Source: an uncultured Candidatus Saccharibacteria bacterium
Lineage (GTDB): Bacteria > Patescibacteriota > Minisyncoccia > Phycocordibacterales > CSBR16-119
Assembly: GCA_964355515.1 (NCBI GenBank)
Contig: CAYHDV010000004.1
Span: forward strand, 1 to 54,623
DNA: 54,623 bases
Direction of reading: 5' to 3'
Part shown: positions 26,304 to 36,353 of the stretch, piece after piece
Position numbering within the stretch: the first letter of the stretch is position 1
Layout: each line of letters opens with the position of its first letter
Position numbers and translations under genes: made by a program
The notes under the pieces: generated by a model
Database searches by the model: none
Seen by the model: only the letters and a program-made list of their open reading frames with translations
Told to the model about the DNA's origin: nothing

Positions 26304-29300
26304 TTACCCAAACAACTCTCCTTGCTCTGGTTCTCCTTTGATTAGCTCTAGTAGCTCAATATATTCTCCTGTTTTTTCGTCTTTTTTGTATTCTTGGCGA
26401 ATAAGATCACCAGAGAAAATACTGTCTGCCAGCTCTTGAATCAGGCTTCTCACATCATCCAAGTCGTTTTCTGTGATTTCAAACTCTATCCGCTCAAACT
26501 CCCCTTTGCTGTTTGGTTCGACAAAATCAAATATAGCTTTCTGGAAATTATATCTTCCTTGGTAGGCGTTTCGAAGGAGTAGTTTGTAAAAACTCGCCTG
26601 CCTTTTGATCTTCTCCTTTCGAGATTTATCCATGTCACTATACGCCTTTCCTGTTTTGTAATCCCAGACAATAATCTCTCCATCTGTGTTTCGAGTGATT
26701 TTATCCATGACTCCAGTTAGGTTTAATAATTGACCACCCTTGAGCTCAAAAGGTAGTGCTGGAATTCTAAACTCATTTTCAAGAGGGATTTCAAAAGTTT
26801 TCTTTCTTTCTTCAAAATAGCTTTCTAGTATCTCCCATCCTCTGTCTTCAAATTCTAGATAAGAAGGGTTGCTTGTTATTGTTTTTTGGAAGCTATCTTC
26901 GAGAATATTCTTTACCAAAATTTTGTTTTCTTTTTTACATTCTTCAAAATATCTCTCAAGTGCGCCATGAACTAAGTTACCAAAGTCTAAGTGAGCAGAC
27001 TTGGCTTCTGGTAAGTGAATCAGATTTCTAAAGAAATATAAAACAGGTGACTCCACAAAGTTGCCCAAGGCTGAAACAGAGAGTTTGCTCTTCAAGAATT
27101 GCTCTTCAATGTATTCTTGGTTTGTAATAGAAAGTAGATGTGGCTTCCCTTCGGCAAAAAACGAAGCGAATTCTGTCCCTAGACTTTTTTCAAAGTCATC
27201 TGTATTTACAGAAGTGAGACCTTTTATTTCATCGATGAAAGGATTTTTGCTTTTTTCTTTTCCTTCTTCATTCAACACATACGAACTTATCAAAATATTT
27301 TTCTTTGCCCGAGTCAGTGCTACATAGAAAAGCCTCCTTTCATCATCCAAACCTCCATCTGAAAAATCAGGGAAAGGTAGGTCTATTTCTTTTGGAGTTG
27401 CCCTCTTTGAGACAGCCCTGACAATATATACCGTGTCAAATTCAAGACCCTTGGCACCGTGGTATGTCATAAGAGATACCCCAGAGGCTACCCCCTGTGA
27501 TATATTTATTCTCAAATTGTGTTTTTTAAGAGAGTCTAGATAATACAAAAAGTCTTTTATGGAGAAAGCCCCACGACGAGATGTTTCATTTTTTATTTCA
27601 TCAAAAATCTTTTCTAATTTTGAAAGCGCTAGGACAGCGTTTTTCCTTGTGAGGATATAATTCAAGTAACCACTCTCTCTGACAAACCAAGAAAAATATG
27701 TGGTGAATGCTTCATTTTCACTCTGCTTTTTTGCTTCGCCGAGAAAACCTATGAGCTTTTTAGCTTTTTCTATATCTTCTTTTGTCCCACCAATTTCTGC
27801 TAGAGATTTCACATCTTTTAGAATTGAATAGATATTTTTGTTTGGACCTCTTTTTGTATGCTTAAGCCTTGCCAAAACTTTTTGTACAAAAAATACATCA
27901 AATCCCAGAAAATCAATATACAAAACTCTCGCCAAATATTCATCTGTCAAGAAGTTGTCAGCTGTCCGAAGAAGCCAAAAGAGTTTCAAAACATCTCTAT
28001 CCTCCAAAAGATTTATCTTGGAATAATCCTTGTATGGAATCCCAAAACTATCGAAGAGTTGTTTGAGATCTGCACCATCTTTGTTGTTTCGATACAATAC
28101 GGCAATTTCATCCTGGTCTTCGCCGCTATCCAATCTGGCTTTGATATCCTTGGCTATAAACAAAAGTTCTGATTTATAAGTCGAAAATTCTCTGTATTCA
28201 ATATCCCCTCCTCGATCTTTGAAAAATGATTCTAGCTCCACGGAATCTCTGTGAGAACTCCCGAGAGTAATCAAGGCGTGCGCAGAGTCCAAAACATGTT
28301 GCCCAGACCTGTAGTTGTGAACCAAGTCAATCACTAGCATGTCACTAACCATGTTTTTCAATGCCAAGAAACTCTCCTTTGAAGCTCCGGCAAAGCGAAA
28401 AATAGCTTGCTTGTCATCTCCCACCACAAACAAATTTGGCTTTCCTTCATGTACGGGGTTGTCTATCAAAAGATGGACAATTGTATTCTGTGCATCGTTT
28501 GTGTCTTGATGCTCATCCACCAATATGTACTGAAACTGCTCTTGCATCTCTGCCAAGAATTCTGCATCACCCCGGAGTCCTTCTATAAAAAATAAAATCA
28601 GATCAGAAAAATCATAGAGACTCTCTTTCTCCATTTTCTCTTGGAAGGCAACATAGATATTTCCAAGCTCTAAGTTTTTGTCTCTCCTCCTTTCCCTCTT
28701 GGATTTTTCAGCTGGTTTGATACCTCCTTTTTTGTTTTCACCACGAGAGACCTTATAAAAAATCTCTTCATCTCTCATTGAGGTCTCAAATTGCTCCAAA
28801 GTTTTCATTTCAAATTCTTCTGGAGTAAGTCCTTCTTTTTTTATTTTATCTATGGCTGACAAGAGAGTCGTCATTGTGCCATCACGCCTTTTGAAAACAG
28901 AAAAATGTTTTGTCCTCACTTCTGATAAAACATTTTCTAAGATTTCTATTCTCTCTATATCTGAAACCATCCTTGCACCAAAAAACCTCGGGAAAAAATC
29001 CATGTGCGAACGAATCATTTCTTCTGCAAAAGAGTGGAAAGTGCTGATCTGTACCCTGTGTGCAAGTTCAGAACCCACAAGCCCCGACAACCTATCTCTC
29101 ATGTTGAAGCTCGCGGTATTGGTAAAGGTAAGCGCGAGAATATTCTCTGGTCCTATTCCAGGTGACTCTTTGAGAATGTTAGCAATTCGCAAAGTAAGTA
29201 TCTGAGTCTTCCCAGTCCCTGGACCCGCCATTACAAATACTGGCCCATCTATGGTGTCTACCGCCTTTTTCTGCTCTTCGTTCAAGAGTTTGTATTCTTC

Positions 29301-29321
29301 TTGGAATTTCTTCTCTGACAT
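26304..29321 (-). CDS. UvrD/PcrA-type superfamily 1 helicase fused to a C-terminal PD-(D/E)XK (RecB/AddB-like) nuclease
   Basis: AGPGTGKTQILTLRIANIL (Walker A), YILVDEHQDTN, VGDDKQAIFRFAGA, TYHGAKGLEFD and LFYVALTRAKK. The C-terminal region has DFGNLVHGALE ... VMDKI ... VWDYKTGK. Confidence 0.88.
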   Translation of the reverse strand: MSEKKFQEEYKLLNEEQKKAVDTIDGPVFVMAGPGTGKTQILTLRIANILKESPGIGPENILALTFTNTASFNMRDRLSGLVGSELAHRVQISTFHSFAEEMIRSHMDFFPRFFGARMVSDIERIEILENVLSEVRTKHFSVFKRRDGTMTTLLSAIDKIKKEGLTPEEFEMKTLEQFETSMRDEEIFYKVSRGENKKGGIKPAEKSKRERRRDKNLELGNIYVAFQEKMEKESLYDFSDLILFFIEGLRGDAEFLAEMQEQFQYILVDEHQDTNDAQNTIVHLLIDNPVHEGKPNLFVVGDDKQAIFRFAGASKESFLALKNMVSDMLVIDLVHNYRSGQHVLDSAHALITLGSSHRDSVELESFFKDRGGDIEYREFSTYKSELLFIAKDIKARLDSGEDQDEIAVLYRNNKDGADLKQLFDSFGIPYKDYSKINLLEDRDVLKLFWLLRTADNFLTDEYLARVLYIDFLGFDVFFVQKVLARLKHTKRGPNKNIYSILKDVKSLAEIGGTKEDIEKAKKLIGFLGEAKKQSENEAFTTYFSWFVRESGYLNYILTRKNAVLALSKLEKIFDEIKNETSRRGAFSIKDFLYYLDSLKKHNLRINISQGVASGVSLMTYHGAKGLEFDTVYIVRAVSKRATPKEIDLPFPDFSDGGLDDERRLFYVALTRAKKNILISSYVLNEEGKEKSKNPFIDEIKGLTSVNTDDFEKSLGTEFASFFAEGKPHLLSITNQEYIEEQFLKSKLSVSALGNFVESPVLYFFRNLIHLPEAKSAHLDFGNLVHGALERYFEECKKENKILVKNILEDSFQKTITSNPSYLEFEDRGWEILESYFEERKKTFEIPLENEFRIPALPFELKGGQLLNLTGVMDKITRNTDGEIIVWDYKTGKAYSDMDKSRKEKIKRQASFYKLLLRNAYQGRYNFQKAIFDFVEPNSKGEFERIEFEITENDLDDVRSLIQELADSIFSGDLIRQEYKKDEKTGEYIELLELIKGEPEQGELFG

Positions 29322-29367
29322 GGGTCAATTTTAGCATATTTAAATGTACTTGATTTTTTATTGAAAA

Positions 29368-29655
29368 ATGGTAAAAATAAAGGAAAAGAAAGAACTGATG
29401 ACAACTTATAAAGAAAGACAGCTTTTGTCTGGGCTAAACGGCCCATACAACAAAATCGCAAACCTCGTTGAAAAACGAGAAGAAGGAATTCCCATATACT
29501 CAGTGACAAATCAAGATCATGAAAATCTTAGAGATTTCATAAGTTTGAGTAAGTCAAAAAAAATGGATCGTGTACGGCACTGCAATTCAAAACACTTGAG
29601 TAAAAATGTCTTGAAAATTGTCGAGCAATTACTGAAAACCCCAATCATTGGCTGA
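29368..29655 (+). CDS. hypothetical protein
   Basis: 95-aa ORF (alternative ATG at 29398); its stop lies inside terminator hairpin 29636-29675. Confidence 0.4.
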   Translation: MVKIKEKKELMTTYKERQLLSGLNGPYNKIANLVEKREEGIPIYSVTNQDHENLRDFISLSKSKKMDRVRHCNSKHLSKNVLKIVEQLLKTPIIG

Positions 29656-29675
29656 TTGGGGTTTCCCTTTTTTAT
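29636..29675 (+). terminator. rho-independent terminator
   Basis: AAACCCCAATCA / TGATTGGGGTTT stem followed by TCCCTTTTTT. Confidence 0.7.
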
Positions 29676-29713
29676 ATAACCTACAGGAAAAAATTGAACA
29701 TCGTACAAAAAGC

Positions 29714-31681
29714 CTACCCTCCAAGTTCTTCTAGGAAAGCTTTGTTACTTGGCTTTCTACCCAAGAATATTTCCATCTGCTTAACCTCATCCATTGACCC
29801 TCCTTTTGAAAGAATCATATTTCGGAAATCCCTACCTGTTTTTTCGTTTTTTATACCTTCTTTTTTAAACCGAGAAAACAAATCATAAGCATACACAAGA
29901 GACCAGACATAAGTGTAATAACTTGATGAATACCCGACCATATGGCCCCAACCAGCAGGGTGAAGTGACTCTTTATTTCCTTTGATCATCCCATATTTTT
30001 TGTTTATCATCTCTGCTGTTTTTCGGAGGTCTTTGTTGTAGTGAGTCGTGTGCATAAGCAAGTCATGAAGCCCACCGACAAATGTGCCATAATGTTCCCC
30101 TGCTTTCATAAAACTTTTCATATCTTTAATTTTTTGTTGAATATCAGCTGGAAGCTTTTCTCCTGTTTTATAGTGACAAGACATTCCCGTCAATAAATCT
30201 ACATCCGCCACCCAATTCTCAAACATCTGAGATGGTGTCTCCACAAAATCAAAATCTGTCTCCGTGCCAGCAAAAGAACTAAGGGATGCTCGTGTTAGCA
30301 TGTCATGACTCATATGCCCAAATTCATGGAAAAGTGTCTCTATCTCACCAATAGAGAGCAGGGATGGATTCTTTTTGGTCCCTTTGGGGAAGTTCCCCAC
30401 TATCACAGATACTGGAGCTTTGTATTCCGCGCCCCGAAATCCTTTATTTTCTCCTGGCATAAAATTCCAACAAGCCATATGACTAAATTTCCCAGACCGA
30501 GGGAAAAGGTCAAAAATAAGATGCGCAATCGGCTTGCCTCCTTCTGTAACATCAAAAGAAATTACATCTTTGTGCCAAAGTTTTAAATTATTTTTTTGAA
30601 AAGAAACACCAAACAAACCTCCAAACAGGCTAAACATATATTCCATGACCCTATCCAATGGGAAATACTCTTTAACCAGATTTGGGTCATAATCAAAAAG
30701 TTTTTTCCTCATTTTGTTTGCCAAGTAGGAAGAATTATAAAAAGTGACCTCTTGTACTCCCCATTCCTTTTTTGCAAATTTCTGAAGTTCTAGATTTTCT
30801 TTTTTGACCCGAGGCTTTAGCTCTGCAATGGTAGATTCCAAAAAATCTTTTATTATTTCCGGTTTTTTAGAGACCCTGTGCTTAACAACCATTTCAGAAT
30901 ATGAAGCATAGCCCAATATTTCTGCTTTCTTTTTTCTAAGTAATAGAAGCTCTTGGAGTAACACCAGATTCTTCTTGCCACCCTTTTTGCTATTTTTCAC
31001 TATGAGTTCTTTTCTCTTTTTGTCACTCTCTGCAAAAACCACAAATGGGCGTAGTTCTGGATAATCCAGACTCACTATATACTTTTTTGTCTTTCTGTCC
31101 TTTTTTAAATTTGCTATGTAGTTTTCAGGAAGACCTTTTAGCTCTTCTTTTGTACAAAGGATATGATCTTCATAATCATCTATATTTTTTGAAAATTCAC
31201 TCCCCAATTTTAAAATCTTTTTAGAAATTTTGACCAACTCACCTCTTTTTTCTTCAGACAAGTGAAATCCTTTTTCTTCAAAATCTATTTTTATATGTTT
31301 GTATAACTTTTTTTCCTCATCACTGAGTTTTTCTTTTTTTGGATTGTACTCTTTAAAAGCTTTATACAAATCTATGTCGTTGCTTATCTCTGCCATCTCT
31401 TGAGATACAAAAACACTAGAGTCGTGAGAAGCCTCTCTTATTTTTTTATTTTCACTGACATACTTCAAAAAATCAATTCCTTTATTCTCATATCCAACAT
31501 CTCCTACCTGCTCTAGTGCATAGACTGTGTTTTCAAATGTCCTATCTTTCTTTGGAATTGACTTTATTTTTTCGTAATCCTCTTTGACTTTAGTTATTAG
31601 CTTTTTGGCCTCTTTTTCTATATCTTTTGGCCCCCAAGTGATCCACTGGAAGTCTTTTTGTGTTTTCGGGATTATTTTCAT
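29714..31681 (-). CDS. M3 family metallopeptidase (thimet oligopeptidase / Dcp-like)
   Basis: HEFGHMSH zinc motif, downstream ETPSQMFENW, 655 aa. Confidence 0.9.
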   Translation of the reverse strand: MKIIPKTQKDFQWITWGPKDIEKEAKKLITKVKEDYEKIKSIPKKDRTFENTVYALEQVGDVGYENKGIDFLKYVSENKKIREASHDSSVFVSQEMAEISNDIDLYKAFKEYNPKKEKLSDEEKKLYKHIKIDFEEKGFHLSEEKRGELVKISKKILKLGSEFSKNIDDYEDHILCTKEELKGLPENYIANLKKDRKTKKYIVSLDYPELRPFVVFAESDKKRKELIVKNSKKGGKKNLVLLQELLLLRKKKAEILGYASYSEMVVKHRVSKKPEIIKDFLESTIAELKPRVKKENLELQKFAKKEWGVQEVTFYNSSYLANKMRKKLFDYDPNLVKEYFPLDRVMEYMFSLFGGLFGVSFQKNNLKLWHKDVISFDVTEGGKPIAHLIFDLFPRSGKFSHMACWNFMPGENKGFRGAEYKAPVSVIVGNFPKGTKKNPSLLSIGEIETLFHEFGHMSHDMLTRASLSSFAGTETDFDFVETPSQMFENWVADVDLLTGMSCHYKTGEKLPADIQQKIKDMKSFMKAGEHYGTFVGGLHDLLMHTTHYNKDLRKTAEMINKKYGMIKGNKESLHPAGWGHMVGYSSSYYTYVWSLVYAYDLFSRFKKEGIKNEKTGRDFRNMILSKGGSMDEVKQMEIFLGRKPSNKAFLEELGG

Positions 31682-31724
31682 GAAGTCAGTATAACACCCC
31701 TCTCACATAAATAAAAAAGCCTTT

Positions 31725-32114
31725 TTATAGGCCTTTTTTGAAATTAAGAGATGTTGAATTAATACAAAAACGCTCCCCAGTTGTGTTCTTGGGCCCATCT
31801 GGGAATACATGGCCCAAATGTCCCCCGCAAGTACTACAAGTTACTTCGGTGCGTCTCACGCCCAGAGAATCATCTTCGTGAAATTCCACTGACCCCTGGA
31901 TCGCAGAATCAAAACTTGGCCAGCCACAGCCGGCGTCATATTTATTTCCACTTTCAAAAAGCTTTGTACCGCAGGCTCCACATAAATATACTCCTTCTTC
32001 AAAATGTTTATCGTATTCTCCAGTGAAGGCTCTTTCTGTCCCCTTTTCTACCAAAACAGCATATTGTTCCGGCGTTAAGAGATTTTTCCATTCTTCTGGT
32101 TTATGGATTTTCAT
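31725..32114 (-). CDS. msrB: peptide-methionine (R)-S-oxide reductase
   Basis: CGACGTKLF, GCGWPSF and RTEVTCSTCGGHLGHVFPDGP. Confidence 0.93.
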   Translation of the reverse strand: MKIHKPEEWKNLLTPEQYAVLVEKGTERAFTGEYDKHFEEGVYLCGACGTKLFESGNKYDAGCGWPSFDSAIQGSVEFHEDDSLGVRRTEVTCSTCGGHLGHVFPDGPKNTTGERFCINSTSLNFKKGL

Positions 32115-32131
32115 GGTTTAGAAAACCTTAC

Positions 32132-32848
32132 TTAATCTATCTTTTTTATATCATAGATAGTCACTTCAGTATCATAAGAATATGAAAAAGTTGCACCACC
32201 CATAATATGTCCGTCTTCGTAGGACATTTTTCCTGTTTTTGTTTTCTCATCAAGATGAAGTGAGGTAACATACCATGAGCCACCTAGCACAGGCTCTTCT
32301 GGGGCAAGCTCTATGATATTGTCGCGAATATATTTTTCAACCAAAAGTCTCTCATCCAGATTCTCACAAGAAACTCTATCTATTGATTGCCAGTATGGGA
32401 TATCATTGGAATCTTTGTAAACATATGTTCCATCACCTCGGTCAACCATCTCAGAAAAACCTATTTTAGCATTATCATCAGAAAGCATGATTTTTAATTC
32501 TTCGGTCACGCGCATACCTTCGGCAAATGAATCCCACCATGCATCAATAGTCTGGCTCTCTTTTGAATCTTCTTCCGACTGAATGGTTCCTGTAAAAGTT
32601 CCAACCTTACTATCTTTTTCAGCTGGCAAGTTTCGCAATTCACCTGTTACTGATTCGCCATCAATCTGCATGGTAGCCCACGCAATATCATACAGATCAC
32701 CAGAGGCGTGAGTCTCACTATAAAAACAAATTTTTTCTGATAATTGAGGATTTTCTCCTACTGGGTTTGGCTCTTTTTTAGATACACCAAGATATACCGC
32801 AATTCCAAGTCCTATTATAATTAGCCCTATGATTATTTTATTCACCAC
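32132..32848 (-). CDS. hypothetical membrane-anchored protein
   Basis: GTG start, N-terminal TM helix (IIIGLIIIGLGIAVYLG), 238 aa. Confidence 0.6.
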   Translation of the reverse strand: MVNKIIIGLIIIGLGIAVYLGVSKKEPNPVGENPQLSEKICFYSETHASGDLYDIAWATMQIDGESVTGELRNLPAEKDSKVGTFTGTIQSEEDSKESQTIDAWWDSFAEGMRVTEELKIMLSDDNAKIGFSEMVDRGDGTYVYKDSNDIPYWQSIDRVSCENLDERLLVEKYIRDNIIELAPEEPVLGGSWYVTSLHLDEKTKTGKMSYEDGHIMGGATFSYSYDTEVTIYDIKKID

Positions 32849-32862
32849 TCTATTATACCATT

Positions 32863-33468
32863 TTATGCAAGGAATTTTTTAGAGATAGCCACCCAGTCAA
32901 CAATAGACCAAAAGCCTTCTACATATTCTAGTCTTCGGTTCTGGTACTGAAGATAGTATGCATGTTCCCACACATCAAGCCCAAGGAGTGGGGTACCTCT
33001 TTCAGCTTCTGGAACAACATCCATCAGAGGATTGTCTTGGTTTGGAGTAGAGGTGATTGCAAGCGATCCATCTTCTTTTTGAATAAGCCATGCCCACCCT
33101 GATCCAAATCGCCCCATGGCAGCAAGAGAGAACTTCTCTTTAAACAAATCAAATGAGCCAAATGTCTCTCGTATTTTCTCCAAAAGAGCTCCAGATGGAG
33201 AGCCTCCACCATCTCCGCTCAAAATAGACCAAAAGAGTGTATGGTTGTAGTGACCTCCTGCGTTGTTCCGCACAGCGACACTCTTTGTACCTACTTTTCC
33301 AAGCAGTGATTCCAATGATTCGTTTTCTTCTGGGGTCCCGGCAATTGCATCATTGAGCTTTTGGACATAAGTCGCATGATGTTTTGTGTGGTGGATTTCC
33401 ATCGTCTTAGCATCGATATATGGCACAAGTGCATCGTACTCGTAGCCTAGTTTTGGTAATTCAAACAT
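32863..33468 (-). CDS. Fe/Mn superoxide dismutase
   Basis: [30 protein letters not shown] and [15 protein letters not shown]. Confidence 0.95.
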   Translation of the reverse strand: MFELPKLGYEYDALVPYIDAKTMEIHHTKHHATYVQKLNDAIAGTPEENESLESLLGKVGTKSVAVRNNAGGHYNHTLFWSILSGDGGGSPSGALLEKIRETFGSFDLFKEKFSLAAMGRFGSGWAWLIQKEDGSLAITSTPNQDNPLMDVVPEAERGTPLLGLDVWEHAYYLQYQNRRLEYVEGFWSIVDWVAISKKFLA

Positions 33469-33473
33469 ATTGA

Positions 33474-33890
33474 TTATTTTTTTAGAGCATCTCTTATTTC
33501 TGTTAATAGTTCAACTTCGGTTGGGCCCTTGGCTTCTTTCTTGTCTTCTTTTTCTTTCTCCTTTTTCTTTAATTTGTTAATAGCCTTTACGAGTAAAAAA
33601 ATAGCGAAAGCAACAATTGTAAAATCTATAATAGTATTTATAAACATTCCATAATTTAAAGTTATTGCAGGGACAATTTCACCACGGAAAGAAAGGGTTT
33701 CTGGTTTTATAACAAAAGCAAGACTAGAGAAATTTATCCCACCGAGAATCATCCCTATAGGAGGCATGATTACATCATTTACCAAAGAAGTAACAATTTT
33801 CCCAAATGATGCACCAATAATAATACCGACTGCTAAGTCGACCACATTTCCCTTTACTGCAAATTCTTTGAATTCTTTGAATATACTCAT
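33474..33890 (-). CDS. mscL: large-conductance mechanosensitive channel
   Basis: [49 protein letters not shown] at 33890; the track ORF over-extends to 33950. Confidence 0.92.
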   Translation of the reverse strand: MSIFKEFKEFAVKGNVVDLAVGIIIGASFGKIVTSLVNDVIMPPIGMILGGINFSSLAFVIKPETLSFRGEIVPAITLNYGMFINTIIDFTIVAFAIFLLVKAINKLKKKEKEKEDKKEAKGPTEVELLTEIRDALKK

Positions 33891-34034
33891 GTGAATCTTA
33901 TATTTCTTAGTAAGTATATAGAGTATAGCAAATTTAGTGGCTATTGACAAAATATTATAATATGATAGTATGGTTCTTGATAAAGAAAGTGGGTAAATTC
34001 AGTACCCTTGTACATTAACCAAAAAAGTCACACA

Positions 34035-34433
34035 ATGACAGAAAACCAAGTAAAGGAAATGAAAAGTTCCTGGACACCTGAACAGATCAAAATATTCTTT
34101 GATTCTACCCTGGGTATTTTTAAACCACTCATGTCTACGCCCAATGCGCTAGACCCATTGCATGGACAAGTACTCTATTACTGCTCACTACTCTTTGTGG
34201 GAGGATTGATATATTCCCTATCCAAAGAGGCACAGAGAAAGATTTTTCGAAAAGTAAGCGATCTTCTTTACTCATGTAAATTTGAGAAAGGGATGTATGC
34301 GTCCACAGCAATAAAGGTGCATCTTTCCATACTTAAATATGAAGAGAAGAAACTCAATGAGGATAACAAGGCTAGCTTAGCGCCCAAAATTAGAGAAAGG
34401 GAGGCAGAAGTAGCTAGACTAAAATCCCTTTAG
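34035..34433 (+). CDS. hypothetical protein
   Basis: ATG at 34035 (MTENQVKE). One hydrophobic segment. A terminator follows. Confidence 0.55.
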   Translation: MTENQVKEMKSSWTPEQIKIFFDSTLGIFKPLMSTPNALDPLHGQVLYYCSLLFVGGLIYSLSKEAQRKIFRKVSDLLYSCKFEKGMYASTAIKVHLSILKYEEKKLNEDNKASLAPKIREREAEVARLKSL

Positions 34434-34440
34434 CCACAAA

Positions 34441-34470
34441 GAAGTGCCGACCATGGTCGGCACTTTTGTT
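34441..34470 (+). terminator. rho-independent terminator
   Basis: AGTGCCGAC / GTCGGCACT with loop CATG, followed by TTTTGTT. Confidence 0.8.
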
Positions 34471-34620
34471 ATATCCACTTTTGTATTCAATCAAAAAATA
34501 CATCTCTTGGAGGTGATACTTTACATACTCCAAACGTGGTATAATTAATATGGAATATAAATAGTATATTTTGAAAAGTCGATCATTTTATTGTTTATCA
34601 ATCTAAATGATCGCACATAT

Positions 34621-34770
34621 ATGCTCACTATCGCAGTCATATTACTAATCCTTTGGGCGCTTGGCTTCCTTGGATTTAATGTTCTTGGAGGATTCATCCA
34701 TATCCTACTTGTTGTTGCAATTATTCTCTTTTTGATTCGAATCATAAAAGGAGAAAACCCCCTTACATAA
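34621..34770 (+). CDS. Lmo0937-family small membrane protein (49 aa)
   Basis: MLTIAVILLILWALGFLGFNVLGGFIHILLVVAIILFLIRIIKGENPLT. Below the ORF-track cutoff; read directly from the sequence. Confidence 0.75.
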   Translation: MLTIAVILLILWALGFLGFNVLGGFIHILLVVAIILFLIRIIKGENPLT

Positions 34771-34809
34771 TAGAAAGTACTTATTATAAAAATAATCTAA
34801 TTCAAATAT

Positions 34810-35010
34810 ATGGTACATCAATCAAATAGCGGAGAAAGCTCTGGAGCAAATACTGTACTTCTTGTACTTGTCATAATCCTTCTTGTTGGTTTCGGAGTCT
34901 GGTGGTTTCTAGATCAAAAAGCTGGAGACAAAGAGCCTGCAAATGAAGCTGGAATAAATGCAGACGTGACTTTGCCAGAAGGTTCTAACAACGAAAATAC
35001 AGCTGAATAG
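34810..35010 (+). CDS. hypothetical small membrane protein
   Basis: 66 aa with one TM helix (VLLVLVIILLVGFGVWWFL). A terminator follows. Confidence 0.5.
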   Translation: MVHQSNSGESSGANTVLLVLVIILLVGFGVWWFLDQKAGDKEPANEAGINADVTLPEGSNNENTAE

Positions 35011-35023
35011 ATATTCTATTCGA

Positions 35024-35058
35024 AAATCAAAAACACCCTCTTGGGGTGTTTTTGATTT
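35024..35058. terminator. bidirectional 15-bp hairpin terminator
   Basis: AAATCAAAAACACCC / GGGTGTTTTTGATTT. Confidence 0.8.
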
Positions 35059-35090
35059 AGTCATACCAAGCTCTTTTTTTAAAAATACTT

Positions 35091-36335
35091 TTAAACATTC
35101 ATCCCCGCGACATACCCTGTTGTCCAGCAAAGCTGAAGAGAATACCCACCAGATGGTCTGTTAATATTCAAAATATCTCCTGTAAGATACAGATTTTTAT
35201 ATAAAGTTGATCTCATTGTCTTCATGTCTACCTCCTCGAGAACTACCCCACCATCTGAAACAACTGCTCTGTTGTATCCCATCAGCCCTGTAATTTTTAT
35301 TGGCATCGCCTTTAGGAAGTGGACAATCTTTTTTCTTTCCTCTTTTGTTACTGAGTGAGATTTTTTGTTTACATCAAACCCAAGCATTGGAAGTGTCCCC
35401 TCCGCAAATCCCTCTGGGGCAATATCTCTGTAGACATTTTTAAAATCTTTATTTTTGTTTTCATCAAGAATCTTTAAAATTCTTTTTTCAAGATCAGGAA
35501 ATTCTGTATCAGGATATGCATCTATTTCAGCAGTGACGCTCCCCCACTCAAGAAGACTCGCAACTTCTGATGATGAATTCAAAATAAGCGGACCAGAAAG
35601 ACCAAAATGGGTGAAAAGTATTTTTCCTACTTTTGAAAACTGTCTTTTACCATCAGAAAGAAATGAGATTTTCATAAAAGATAGAGTGGCCCCCGACAAC
35701 TTCTTTACCCAAGTATCTTCTACCTCCAATGGAACAATATTTGGGGTTGGATTCTTTGTTGTATGACCTAGTATGTTTAGCCACTTAAAACCATCCCCCG
35801 TAGAACCAGTTTCTGGATGAGATGTTCCTCCTGTTGCGATAACAAAAGAGTCCGCAGTAAACTCCGTGTCTTTTGTCACAACAGATACAATAGCCCCTTC
35901 TTTTGTTTTTAATTTGATAACCACATGCTCTTTCAAAACAGAAACATGGTTACTCTTTATGTATTTTTCTAATACCTTGTACACATCATAGGCCCGCTGA
36001 GTACTAGGAAATGCACGCTTCTTAGCCTCCACAACAAGTGGCAATCCCTTTTTCTCAAAAAAGGTAAATGTGTCTTCTGCGCTAAATTGAGAAAATGGTG
36101 AATAGAGAAATTTTTCTGCTTTTTTATAATGAGCAAGAAATTTTCTTACATCAAATTCTGCGTTTGTAATGTTGCACCTTCCCCCTCCCGTAATTTTCAA
36201 CTTTGCCCCTAGCTCTTTGTTTTTTTCAAGTATTAAAACTCTTTTACCACGAGACGCAGCAATACCGGCTGTCATAAGTCCAGACGCCCCACCACCTATC
36301 ACTATTACATCGTAATGTGTAGAGTATTTTTGCAT
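35091..36335 (-). CDS. NAD(P)/FAD-dependent oxidoreductase, HI0933/BaiN family flavoprotein
   Basis: YDVIVIGGGASGLMTAG, ITGGGRCNITN and a C-terminal GDILNINRPSGGYSLQ. Confidence 0.9.
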   Translation of the reverse strand: MQKYSTHYDVIVIGGGASGLMTAGIAASRGKRVLILEKNKELGAKLKITGGGRCNITNAEFDVRKFLAHYKKAEKFLYSPFSQFSAEDTFTFFEKKGLPLVVEAKKRAFPSTQRAYDVYKVLEKYIKSNHVSVLKEHVVIKLKTKEGAIVSVVTKDTEFTADSFVIATGGTSHPETGSTGDGFKWLNILGHTTKNPTPNIVPLEVEDTWVKKLSGATLSFMKISFLSDGKRQFSKVGKILFTHFGLSGPLILNSSSEVASLLEWGSVTAEIDAYPDTEFPDLEKRILKILDENKNKDFKNVYRDIAPEGFAEGTLPMLGFDVNKKSHSVTKEERKKIVHFLKAMPIKITGLMGYNRAVVSDGGVVLEEVDMKTMRSTLYKNLYLTGDILNINRPSGGYSLQLCWTTGYVAGMNV

Positions 36336-36353
36336 AATACCAATCTACCATAA

